A stretch of DNA of 64,000 nucleotides from Fimbriiglobus sp. (GCA_043745295.1 JAYTTN010000714.1:19500-83499), one strand, 5' to 3'. Positions 17,760-26,771 are shown, counted from the first letter of the stretch. Numbers and translations are program-made. The notes: generated from the letters alone by a model not told the origin.

Positions 17760-18255
17760 TTGGACGATCGAGCCGTTCGGCAAAGATCACGAGCGGTCGG
17801 GTTTCTCGTGCGGGCGAACTTCGCTCGATGATTTTATCCGCGCCCGCGTGAGCCAGTACGAGAAGCGGCGGCTCGGCAAGACGTTCGTCGCCGTCCCCCC
17901 AGGCGAGAAGCGGGTCGTCGGTTACTACACACTCGCGGCCGGTGCGGTGGCGTTTGAGCATTTGCCGGAGGATGCCTCCCGCAAGCTACCGAAACATCCT
18001 GTGCCCGTAGTGCTCTTGGCCCGGCTCGCGGTCGATCAATCGGCGCAGGGCAAGGGGTTGGGGGAGGCGTTATTGCTCGACGCGCTCCAGCGGGCGCTCG
18101 ACCTGTCCACCGGCCTCGGCGTCCATGCGGTGGAAGTAGACGCGATCGATGACGCGGCCGCCGCTTTCTACGGCAAGTACGGATTCGTGCCGCTTCTGGA
18201 CGAACCGTTGTCTCTGTATCTGCCGATTGCGACTATTGAGCGCGTGCTGGGCTAA
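17752..18255 (+). CDS. GNAT-family acetyltransferase toxin (TacT-like)
   Basis: GTG at 17752 overlaps the antitoxin stop by 8 nt. FSCGRTSLDDFI...LLARLAVDQSAQGKGLGEALL...FYGKYGF carries GNAT motif A. Confidence 0.8.
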   Translation: MADWTIEPFGKDHERSGFSCGRTSLDDFIRARVSQYEKRRLGKTFVAVPPGEKRVVGYYTLAAGAVAFEHLPEDASRKLPKHPVPVVLLARLAVDQSAQGKGLGEALLLDALQRALDLSTGLGVHAVEVDAIDDAAAAFYGKYGFVPLLDEPLSLYLPIATIERVLG

Positions 18256-18425
18256 ATTCCCTATCACAGCAATGTATTATGCACAGAGGACAGCCGATTC
18301 TGCCATTGGATGCAGCGATATGGTGGCCATGTCACGCGAGTTGCAAGAGTGGTCTTGGGATGAGTGTTGCCGCTGCGAAAAGGATCGAGCCAGCAGGACA
18401 ATCGCTACGACCTGTGAGGAGTTCG

Positions 18426-18692
18426 ATGTTGGACACCGCGAATTTACCTGTCGGATCGCCTGCCGTACTGGCAGAGCGTGAGGGCCGACGGCCGGTTCCG
18501 ATCTACCAAACGCATCGATCGTTTGCAAGACACTTAAGCTCCGCATTCCGTGCGATCCTCACGGCCGCCAAAATCGAACACGACGCAGATTTCTGGGAGG
18601 GGCTTTACCGAGGAGTCGATTTCACCGGCGAGACGGTACTCGATCCTTTTGTCGGCGGCGGAACCTCAGTCGTCGAGGACGCGCGGCGCGCG
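18426..18692 (+). pseudogene. N-terminal remnant of a DNA methylase (COG1743/DUF1156-like)
   Basis: THRSFARHLSSAFRAIL ... GETVLDPFVGGGTSVVEDARRA (motif I), after which the similarity ends. The frame runs into the convergent methyltransferase gene. Confidence 0.35.
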
Positions 18693-18729
18693 CGAACGTG
18701 CGGTACATGTTCGGCTCCTCCCCGACGGA

Positions 18730-19320
18730 TCAAGAGTGGCTTAGGCGGAAGGGTCGTCGCATGACCATTCCCCAGTGCCAGGAGCAGCAACACAACGACT
18801 CGTCGCGGACGAACTCCAACCCAGCTTTCTCGCCCCAGCTCCGGCATTGCTCGGCGGTCGGGCGGATCGGCATCGACGGCCCGCGTGGGGTCGGGGTGTC
18901 GGTTCGCCAGTGGATGACGCCGGCCAGACCGCCGGGGGCTAACACCCGGCGGGCCTCCCGCAGCAACCCGACCGGGTCTTCGACGTGCAAAATGTTGAAG
19001 AGCATTGCGTAGCCGGCCCGTCCGCCTGGCAGCCCACACCCCTCAGCTACGAAATCCCGAACCTCGGTCGTGACGTTCGACAGCCCTTCCGCGTCCGCTT
19101 TGCGGGTCAACTCGCTGAGGACGTCCGGCTCGATGTCTAGGGCGTACACCCGCCCCTCGACGGCACGAGCGGCGGGGAGCGTGAACGTGCCGTACCCGCA
19201 ACCGAACTCGACCACGTCGCCGCACGGCCCGGAGCAGCCGAGCCGGTCGAGGATGCACGCCGGGTTGAAAAACGTCTCCCAGTAGGACTCGTCCGGCATC
19301 CCGCTCTCTCTACCTTTCAT
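18730..19320 (-). CDS. Class I SAM-dependent methyltransferase
   Basis: Motif I VVEFGCGYGTFTL. Its start overlaps the stop of the ATPase gene by 11 nt, so it is probably co-transcribed. Confidence 0.75.
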   Translation of the reverse strand: MKGRESGMPDESYWETFFNPACILDRLGCSGPCGDVVEFGCGYGTFTLPAARAVEGRVYALDIEPDVLSELTRKADAEGLSNVTTEVRDFVAEGCGLPGGRAGYAMLFNILHVEDPVGLLREARRVLAPGGLAGVIHWRTDTPTPRGPSMPIRPTAEQCRSWGEKAGLEFVRDESLCCCSWHWGMVMRRPFRLSHS

Positions 19321-21478
19321 CTGCGCCTCCCGCTACCACCTCATTTCCCCGCAACAGACGCAGCCCGTTGAAGACGACGAGCAGAGACGCCCCGGTGTCG
19401 GCGGCAATCGCGGCCCACAGGGACGAGTACCCTACGAACGTGAGGATCATGAACACTGCTTTTACGGCCAACGAGAACGCGACGTTTTGCCGGATCACCG
19501 ACAGTGTCCGACGGCTGTGACGGATCAGCCACGGCAGCTTGCCCAAGTCGTCCGACATGAGCGCCACATCCGCCGTCTCGATGGCCGCGTCCGTCCCCGC
19601 CGCCCCCATCGCCACGCCCAGGCTGGCCCGCGCCAGGGCGGGAGCGTCGTTTATCCCGTCGCCGACCATCGCCACGGAGCCGAACTCGGCGACCAGTGCC
19701 TCGACCGCCGCGACCTTCTCCTCGGGCAGCAGCCCGGCCCGCACGTCGTCTACCCCGGCGTCCTTGCCGACGGCCCGGGCCGTGGCCTCGTTGTCGCCCG
19801 TCAGCATCACGACCCGGACAACGCCGAGTTCCTTAAGTTCGCGGATCGCGTCCTTCGCCGCCGGGCGGACGGCGTCGGCCAGGGCGATCAGGCCGCAGAC
19901 GTGCATCGCGTTCCCGACCACGACGACTGACCGGCCCGCTGCGGCCATCGCCGCAATCCGCCCGTGAACGTCCTGCGTCTCCTGCCCTCGCTCGGTCAGA
20001 TAGCGGGGCGACCCCACCCAGAACTCTCGCCCCCTCCACCGCCCCACGGCACCCTTGCCCGGCAAGGCCCGGAGGTCTTCGGCGGTTGTGAGGGTGATCC
20101 CCTTCGAGGTGGCGTACTCGATGACGGCTCGCGCCAGCGGGTGTTCGCTCCGGGCCTCCAACCCGACAGCCCGTTCGAGCAGTTCCGCCTCGTCGTGTCC
20201 GTTGAGCGGCACGACCTCCACTACAATGGGGCGGCCCTCTGTTAACGTCCCCGTCTTGTCCAGGGCTACGGCCTTCAGCCGAGCCGGAAGCTCGATATAC
20301 ATTCCGCCTTTGACCAGCACGCCGTTGCGGGCGGCGGCGGTCAACGCGGCTACGATGCTCACCGGCGTCGAGATCACCAGGGCGCACGGGCAGGCGATGA
20401 CCAACATCACCAACGCCCGGTAGAGCCACTCCCACCACCCGCCGCCGAGCAGGGGCGGGACTACGGCCACGAACACCGCCAGGGCCATCACGGCCGGGGT
20501 GTAGAACGATGCGAACTGATCGACCCACCGCTCGGACGCCGCCCGCCGCGACTGCGACTCCCCGACCATGCGGATGATCCGGGCGAGGGTGGTGTCGTTC
20601 GCGGCCTTAGTGACCGTTACCTCCAGCACGCCCTCGCCGTTAACGGTGCCGGCGAACACGTCGTCTCCGGGCTGCTTCGGGGCCGGGACGCTCTCGCCGG
20701 TGATCGGGGCCTGGTTGACGTGACCGGCCCCCTTCTTGACCTTCCCGTCGAGGGGGATGCGTTCGCCGGGCCTCACGACGAACACCGCACCGATTGCTAC
20801 GGCTTTGACCGGGATACTGCGTTCGGGGCCGCTATCAGAAATCAGCCGGGCGGTCGGCGGGACGAGGTCGAGCAATGACGCGACCGCCCGGCGGACCCGC
20901 CCGACGCTCCACGCCTCCAACTCCAGCGACAGGGCGAACAGGAACGCGACCGTCGCGGCCTCGGCCCACTCGCCGATCACGACGGCACCGGCCACGGCCG
21001 CCACCATCAAGAGGTTCATGTCCGGCCGCAGCCGCTTGAGGGCGACCCACGCCTTCGGCAGCACCAGCCACAGCCCGGCGAGGATGGCCGCACCGTAGCC
21101 GACCTGGGCGGGGACGCCGGGCTTCTCGCCCCACCCGGCGGCGATGTGGAAGGCGACACCACCCAGAGCCGCCGAACCGCTCAAGGCGGTCAGGGTCGTT
21201 CGCCCCCATCTCGTCCAAAAGTTGCGTCCCTCTTCGGGGGCCTCATCTCCATGTCGGGACTCGGCCCGCATCCCCGTCCGGGCCACCGCTGCTATGATCC
21301 TGTCCGCAGTGACTTCTTCCAGGCCGGCGTTGACAGTCATGCGGGCGTTGATGAGATCACAGACGACGCGGTCCGCCCCTCCGACTATGGCCCCGACCTC
21401 CCGTTTCAGCGCCGCCACCTCCTCGGAGCAGTCCATACCCCGGATGGTGAATTCCTGCCTGGTTTTACTCATCTCCAT
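19310..21478 (-). CDS. zntA: Heavy-metal P1B-type ATPase (Zn/Cd/Pb class)
   Basis: CPC in ACPCALVISTP, DKTGTLT, GDGINDAP, and ADTGASLLVVFNGLRLL. The N-terminal HMA fold carries GMDCSEEV (CxxEE) instead of CxxC. Confidence 0.88.
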   Translation of the reverse strand: MEMSKTRQEFTIRGMDCSEEVAALKREVGAIVGGADRVVCDLINARMTVNAGLEEVTADRIIAAVARTGMRAESRHGDEAPEEGRNFWTRWGRTTLTALSGSAALGGVAFHIAAGWGEKPGVPAQVGYGAAILAGLWLVLPKAWVALKRLRPDMNLLMVAAVAGAVVIGEWAEAATVAFLFALSLELEAWSVGRVRRAVASLLDLVPPTARLISDSGPERSIPVKAVAIGAVFVVRPGERIPLDGKVKKGAGHVNQAPITGESVPAPKQPGDDVFAGTVNGEGVLEVTVTKAANDTTLARIIRMVGESQSRRAASERWVDQFASFYTPAVMALAVFVAVVPPLLGGGWWEWLYRALVMLVIACPCALVISTPVSIVAALTAAARNGVLVKGGMYIELPARLKAVALDKTGTLTEGRPIVVEVVPLNGHDEAELLERAVGLEARSEHPLARAVIEYATSKGITLTTAEDLRALPGKGAVGRWRGREFWVGSPRYLTERGQETQDVHGRIAAMAAAGRSVVVVGNAMHVCGLIALADAVRPAAKDAIRELKELGVVRVVMLTGDNEATARAVGKDAGVDDVRAGLLPEEKVAAVEALVAEFGSVAMVGDGINDAPALARASLGVAMGAAGTDAAIETADVALMSDDLGKLPWLIRHSRRTLSVIRQNVAFSLAVKAVFMILTFVGYSSLWAAIAADTGASLLVVFNGLRLLRGNEVVAGGADER

Positions 21479-21545
21479 AATATACTACTCCTACATTAAT
21501 TACATATCATTACAGATAGCAAATCTGCTCAATACAATGCTTGGC
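21479..21545. promoter_or_regulatory. AT-rich putative promoter region of the ATPase operon
   Basis: A sharp drop in GC directly upstream of the start. It contains the small palindrome CAGATagcaaATCTG at 21513-21527. Confidence 0.3.
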
Positions 21546-21651
21546 AGGGAATGCACGCCTCGCGGGCACCTGTAGCTGAATCCGGCTAGCAAGTCCGTAG
21601 TTCTCTAGCGGGTTGCAGCGTGGGTATGTGTCTTCGCCGACCTCCCAAGCG

Positions 21652-21783
21652 TCATGCAGCTAGCGTCCGGGATACGTTTACCGCCGCCAGTACGACCCCG
21701 GCCGACCCGAGTGCGATCGTGACGGCCCAGGCCACGCCGCCGCCATGACGGGCTGGCACGATCGGGTTCTTCGGTACGCTCAT
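21652..21783 (-). CDS. Possible 43-aa membrane peptide
   Basis: ATG at 21783 follows GAGG. The product is MSVPKNPIVPARHGGGVAWAVTIALGSAGVVLAAVNVSRTLAA. Weak call. Confidence 0.25.
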   Translation of the reverse strand: MSVPKNPIVPARHGGGVAWAVTIALGSAGVVLAAVNVSRTLAA

Positions 21784-21856
21784 GCCGCCTCGGGCGGCGG
21801 GCCACCGAATTTCCCGGGTCACCCCCGGCGGCCGGCTGATGCCGAGGTTCCCGCCT

Positions 21857-23152
21857 CTACTCGACCATCCCCTCATCGCCGCGGGGCCCCTGGTCTGCCG
21901 GGGCCGGCCGGTTGAACAACCCGACTAGCGCAAAGTCCCACGCGCGGCGGCCGGTCCACAGAAGCGTCATGGCCGCTAGGACGAGGTAGACCCACGCCGC
22001 CTCGGTCAGCACCCGGACCGACCGGGCCTCGTCGGCCCGCAGCGCGAAGCTGACGGCCAACTGGCCGGCGAATAGGGAGAACAGGGCCACGGCACCGGCC
22101 GGCCCAAGACGTCGGCGCATGAGGACGGCGACGGCGAACGCAGACTGGGCCGCTGTCAGGAAGAACTCCTCCCGTTGGCGCTCGTCCAGAGGCAGGGCGG
22201 CCGGGTGACCCGCCGCCACCGAGTAGACGATCGGCAGCATGCCCACGAGGAGCGTCCACTGGTTGATCTTGTCGCTCGCCAGAACCCCCAGCCCGTTAGC
22301 CGGCCGGCCCCTCAAACAGTACAGGATTGCTACGACTACCGCTGGTGCCTCGCTGGCCAGCGGGGCCAACCACTGGATGAGCAGAAACTCGTCGATGCCC
22401 CACTCCCGGCCGACCCCGACTAGCGACTCGGCGAACGGCTCGGCGGCGGCCAGAATGACGGCGGCCGCGAACGTGATGAGTCCGGCGATCATTACGTACT
22501 GCCGGCCACGCGGCAGGCGGCCGATCGCCGCCGCCGGCCCGACAACTTCTTCCTCCACCGCCTCCGAGGTCCCGCTGACCCGCCACAGGTAGGCCGCGAA
22601 TATGCCCAGCAATACGAGCGCGTCAAACAGGGTGATTCGCCCCTTCAGGACGATTACGAACGAGTACAAGGTGGCCACGCCCAGGAACGCTACCTCGGCG
22701 GAGTTCTCCCACCGCAACGTGACGGCCCGCCGCCCCGTGCGGACCCAGCCGAGCAGGGCGACCAACGGCCAGGCCAGACCGATTAACAGGCGGTTGGCTC
22801 CGGTCATGTTGGCGGCCGCGTACTGGACGTATTTCGAGCCCGGGTTCAGACCGGCCTGGTACGTGTAGTAAACGTCCACCGCATACTCAGGCAACACCGT
22901 CACCAGGGCGAGCAGGGCGAGGGTCAGCCCAGGGGAGATGTGGGCCTCGGCGGCCTCGGCCGCCCAGGAAAGCAGGAACCCGGCCCCGAGCACCCCGAGG
23001 CCGAACAGCAGAGCCGCAGCCGGCGGCGGGAGCCCGGCCCCGGTCAGTCGCAGTGCGAGCGCTGGGAGCGTGGCCAACACCGCCAAGCCGTAGGGAACAG
23101 CCATCAGGCCTAGGGTGCCGACCGGAAGCCGGTCTCGGGGGATGTGGGGCAT
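21857..23152 (-). CDS. CaCA-like cation exchanger (Na+/Ca2+ exchanger membrane-region type)
   Basis: Polytopic membrane protein with two alpha-repeat-like motifs, TVLPEYAVD and PLASEAPAVVVA. Start is ATG 23152 (alternative 23233). Confidence 0.55.
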   Translation of the reverse strand: MPHIPRDRLPVGTLGLMAVPYGLAVLATLPALALRLTGAGLPPPAAALLFGLGVLGAGFLLSWAAEAAEAHISPGLTLALLALVTVLPEYAVDVYYTYQAGLNPGSKYVQYAAANMTGANRLLIGLAWPLVALLGWVRTGRRAVTLRWENSAEVAFLGVATLYSFVIVLKGRITLFDALVLLGIFAAYLWRVSGTSEAVEEEVVGPAAAIGRLPRGRQYVMIAGLITFAAAVILAAAEPFAESLVGVGREWGIDEFLLIQWLAPLASEAPAVVVAILYCLRGRPANGLGVLASDKINQWTLLVGMLPIVYSVAAGHPAALPLDERQREEFFLTAAQSAFAVAVLMRRRLGPAGAVALFSLFAGQLAVSFALRADEARSVRVLTEAAWVYLVLAAMTLLWTGRRAWDFALVGLFNRPAPADQGPRGDEGMVE

Positions 23153-23495
23153 CGGTCGTATTCCTCGGCTGGTCACGGGCTCCACCTTTGCTGGCCAGCC
23201 CCGCGTCTGGGCCGTCACTGACGGTTCACGCATGGCACAGCCGGAATTGCAAATTTAAAGCACAACCCGTAACATTGAAAATAACTTATGATTGGTAATT
23301 CTCTTTAAAGGCATTGGCCATATGTTTCTTGCAAACCTGATGCTCGCCTCAGGCGGGAACCGGGTGAACGTATTTAAGAGACCCTGACACAACCTCGGCA
23401 AACCCCTATTTTCAGGCACTTTCGGGGGCTGTGTCAGAGCCTTTAAGCAGCCGTTGGCGTTAATCGCCGGATCCGACCGTCGACAGCACATCGTC

Positions 23496-24893
23496 CTATC
23501 GAGGTGGGAGCGGGACGGACGGCAGGGGCCACTGGTCCTCCAGCATCAGCCCGGCAATCTCCGACGCCGCCCGCCACGCCTCCCCGAGCGACCGGAGGTA
23601 CTCCAGCCTCGCCTCGGCCACCGCACGCTGGGCTTGCAGCACCCGCAGGTACTCGAACTGCCCGCCCTGGAACGCCTTCAACGACAGTTGGTATGTCCGT
23701 TCGGCCTTCGGCAGGATCACGGACTTGTACTTCTCGGCTCGCTGCCGGGCGGCCGCGTAGGTGCCGAACGCCGTGGCCAGCCGCCCGACGAGGTCGTTCT
23801 GGACGCGGCCCACCTCGCTGACCGCCTCGCCGACCTGGGCCTTCGCCGCGAAGATGTTGCCCTGATTGCGATTCCACAGCGGCACCGGGATACTCGCCGC
23901 GATCACCCAGTCGTTCGACTTGTTCTGATTCTGGCGGACGTATCCGGTGCCAACCGTCACGTTCGGGATCGGCTCGACCGTGGCCCGCTTCAGCACCAGT
24001 TGCGCTCGTTCGACGCCGATCTGGGCCGACCGTAGGTCCGGGTGGACGCCGAGGACGTAGTTCCGCAGCCGCTCCAAGTCGTAGTCCGGCAGCGGGAGTT
24101 CGAGGTCGCCAGTAACTTTGGTGAACGGAAGGTCGTCCACGCCGACGCTTGCGGCCAGCCGGCGGAATGCGGCGGGTAACGATTTGGCGGTGGCGTCGAG
24201 TTCGGCCCGGTAGCGTTCCAGATCGACCTCCAGTTGCACCACGTCCAGTTCGCTGCCCTCTTTCGCCTTGAGAAGCTTGTTGGCGTTCTCGACGGACTGC
24301 TCGGCCAGGGTGATGAGTTGCCCCAGGATGTCGGCGCGGCGCTGGAGCGTGACCACCTCGTAGTAGTTTTGCCGCACTTCGGTGAAAAGCCGGTATCGCT
24401 CGGCCACCACCCGCAGCGTGGCCTGATCGACCTCCTTGAGGGCGGCGGCTTTAGACAGCCCCAGCTTGTTCCCCGTCACGATCTCCTGGCTGAAGTGCGG
24501 CGCAGTCCAGATTCCGCCCGGCCCGGTGCGGTCGCCGAGTTCATCGCCTGTGACGGAAAGGGTCGGGTTCGGGTACAGCCCAGCCTGGATTGCTCGGCCC
24601 CGCGCCGTCTCGACCGCCCACCCGACCTGGGCGAGCCGGGGGTTCCGTTCGAGCGTCAAGGCGGTCAGTAGCGGCAGCCCCAGCGGCGGGGGCGTCGATG
24701 ACCCCGTCGCGTCTGCATTCCCGCTGGGCGGTCTGGGGGCTGGCAACTTCCCGCCCTCCTTCCCACTCGCCGGGTCTTCCCGATACCCGGCCTGGACGAC
24801 GGCAAGGGCGGCGGGTCGTGGGGCAGCTGCAGTGGCCGCGACCGGATCGGGCGGACGTGTCACCGCACACCCGGCCAGTCCGGCGAGTGCCAC
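23496..24893 (-). CDS. Outer-membrane efflux factor (CzcC/TolC family); the 5' end appears frameshifted
   Basis: NPRLAQVGWAVETARGRAIQAGLYPNPTLS and a two-fold OEP repeat architecture. The lipobox LAGC sits only 8 residues after the GTG start. A better SD-ATG at 24925 is one nucleotide out of frame. Confidence 0.85.
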   Translation of the reverse strand: MALAGLAGCAVTRPPDPVAATAAAPRPAALAVVQAGYREDPASGKEGGKLPAPRPPSGNADATGSSTPPPLGLPLLTALTLERNPRLAQVGWAVETARGRAIQAGLYPNPTLSVTGDELGDRTGPGGIWTAPHFSQEIVTGNKLGLSKAAALKEVDQATLRVVAERYRLFTEVRQNYYEVVTLQRRADILGQLITLAEQSVENANKLLKAKEGSELDVVQLEVDLERYRAELDATAKSLPAAFRRLAASVGVDDLPFTKVTGDLELPLPDYDLERLRNYVLGVHPDLRSAQIGVERAQLVLKRATVEPIPNVTVGTGYVRQNQNKSNDWVIAASIPVPLWNRNQGNIFAAKAQVGEAVSEVGRVQNDLVGRLATAFGTYAAARQRAEKYKSVILPKAERTYQLSLKAFQGGQFEYLRVLQAQRAVAEARLEYLRSLGEAWRAASEIAGLMLEDQWPLPSVPLPPR

Positions 24894-25053
24894 CCGACCA
24901 GTAGCATCATGTAGTTCTTCGTCATGTCACTTGCCTCCGCGTCCTGCGTGTTTGGTTTGGCGATCCATCGCGGCCTAGCTCCGCAGCGAGCGGGTCGGCT
25001 CACGCCGGCAGCCTGGACGCGAACGGCCCAGGCTGCCAACTGACTACTCGGCA

Positions 25054-25377
25054 CTACTTGCAGCAGTTACCCGACTCGCAGCCGGCGGACGGCTTGCACG
25101 TCTTGGGCTTGGCCTCGACGGTCGGGAGGCAGCAGGACGGGTCGCAGCCCGTCTGGATGCAGCACCGGACGCACTCCTCGCAGCACCCGTCGATGGCGCA
25201 GCAGGCGGCGCACTCGGGGCAGCACCCGCTGCACTCGGGGCAGCAGTCCGCTACCTTGCAGCACGTCTGCTCGGCGGCGACCTGGGCCGGGGACTTCGTG
25301 AACCCGTCGGCGAGCGTGATCCCCGCCACGGACAGGACGGCGACCAGACAGAGGCCGCTGAACAACTTGAAACGCAT
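25054..25377 (-). CDS. Exported, extremely Cys-rich protein (metallothionein-like)
   Basis: Signal peptide MRFKLFSGLCLVAVLSVAGITLA, followed by 22 Cys including 8 CC doublets (CCPECSGCCPECAACCAIDGCCEECVRCC...). GGAG lies upstream. Confidence 0.7.
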   Translation of the reverse strand: MRFKLFSGLCLVAVLSVAGITLADGFTKSPAQVAAEQTCCKVADCCPECSGCCPECAACCAIDGCCEECVRCCIQTGCDPSCCLPTVEAKPKTCKPSAGCESGNCCK

Positions 25378-25462
25378 GATCTTTCTCCAGAACAGATGGT
25401 AAGGTTGGAAACGATGTCACGGGACTTCGGGGAGGCCGACTCGCCTCACGGACCCGTGTCCG

Positions 25463-25846
25463 TTAACACCGCCAAACGCAGTGGAGGATGCGATGCGGGG
25501 GCGACGGGACGGGGATAGCCAAATCGGGACGGAGCCACAGTCGTGGCGCGGCCCGGAAGGCGTCGGCGAAAGTGACGAACACGACCGGCCCAAGATCGAC
25601 TTCGGTGCTGACCGGCGGGGGGGGCTTGAGCCAGTCCAGTTCGTAACAACAGCACCGCTGTGGGAAGGTCGGCTCTGGCGTGACCGGCGACGGCTTCTCG
25701 CTGTCTTTACAGCCGCACAGTTCGCAGCAGCCGCCATGCTTGGCGGCGACCGGCGACCCGACGCGGACGGGACAAACGATGCGACACCAGCCCGGCGGTA
25801 AAGCCAGATTGACGCAGCACAGGATCGCCAAAAATCGAAGCGCCAT
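25463..25846 (-). CDS. Exported Cys-rich protein (CzcI/DUF2946-like?)
   Basis: Hydrophobic N-terminus, GGCCELCGC and RCCCY motifs, and a Pro-rich C-terminus ending HCVWRC. Confidence 0.5.
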   Translation of the reverse strand: MALRFLAILCCVNLALPPGWCRIVCPVRVGSPVAAKHGGCCELCGCKDSEKPSPVTPEPTFPQRCCCYELDWLKPPPPVSTEVDLGPVVFVTFADAFRAAPRLWLRPDLAIPVPSPPHRILHCVWRC

Positions 25847-26037
25847 ACCGAAGCCTCATTTCGCCGGGCAGATTAAGCCAGCGCCGCCGACGAATACCGC
25901 GTCATCCCGGCGGACCCTTTTGGGTCCATACCCCATGTGAATCTTCACCCCGCCCCACCGGCACCGGGAGAGGCGGGACTGACGACACTGTTTCTTTCCT
26001 GCCGGACACACAACATCGTCACCCCGAGCGGGTCAGG

Positions 26038-26376
26038 TCACGTCTTCGGCTTGGCGGTGAAGCTCCCGCCCGGCCCTTCGAGCTTGGTCGGCTCGTAGCC
26101 AGCCTTATCGACCGCCTCCCACAGCGACCGGGGCGACATCACGGCCCCCTGCTTGGGCGTCACGATGAGCAGCTTGGCCTTGATGTCCACCTTCACCTCG
26201 CCCACGCCCGGCACGGCGTACAGCTTGTCGCCGGCCTTCTTCGCGCACGACATGCAGTCCAGGCCGGGGACGGTCAGCTTGGTCGGCACCGGGTCGGCTG
26301 GCGGCTGCCCGCTTACGAAGGCCGGAACGCTCACCGCCGCGAGCGCGACCACCAGAAATCGGTTCAACATCCGCAT
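26038..26376 (-). CDS. Exported HMA-domain metallochaperone
   Basis: ATG at 26376 follows AAGGAG. Signal peptide MRMLNRFLVVALAAVSVPAFVSG. The HMA motif is LTVPGLDCMSCAKKAGDKL. Confidence 0.75.
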   Translation of the reverse strand: MRMLNRFLVVALAAVSVPAFVSGQPPADPVPTKLTVPGLDCMSCAKKAGDKLYAVPGVGEVKVDIKAKLLIVTPKQGAVMSPRSLWEAVDKAGYEPTKLEGPGGSFTAKPKT

Positions 26377-26475
26377 TTCGGACTCCTTCCAGAAGAATCG
26401 ACACATCTCCTCGATGTCTCGCAATGATGTTCCCAGACCGGCCCCGCCGCCCGCTCCGCGAGGCGGGCCGGTTGA

Positions 26476-26685
26476 CTATTTCGCCTCGCCCGTCGCTTCG
26501 GACGGAGGCGTCGGAGGGCGTCTCGACACCTCCCGGCAGGCCGGGGCGACCACCCCCGCCGGACCATCACGGGCCGACGCCACCCCGCACCCGCACAGAC
26601 ACCCGCCCTGCATCGGCAGCAGCAGCCCCATCACCACAAGGGCGACCCGCCGCGAACTCGGACTCCGTGGGACCGGCAGCTTCAT
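26476..26685 (-). CDS. Possible small exported Cys-containing protein
   Basis: MKLPVPRSPSSRRVALVVMGLLLPMQGGCLCGCG... with GAGGAA upstream. It fills an otherwise empty gap in the operon. Weak call. Confidence 0.3.
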   Translation of the reverse strand: MKLPVPRSPSSRRVALVVMGLLLPMQGGCLCGCGVASARDGPAGVVAPACREVSRRPPTPPSEATGEAK

Positions 26686-26771
26686 GGTGTTCCTCTGGTT
26701 GACCGCCTGGCCGTTGGGGACGAGTTCGGACCCTCGCCCCCTTCACACAGGCCGGGCCGCGTGGCGGCGGC

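Noticed and set aside
24860-25054. 64-aa minus-strand ORF between the CC-rich gene and the outer-membrane factor gene
   Set aside because: It is not an independent gene. Only its last 21 codons (from the ATG at 24925) look meaningful, as the displaced signal-peptide start of the outer-membrane factor.
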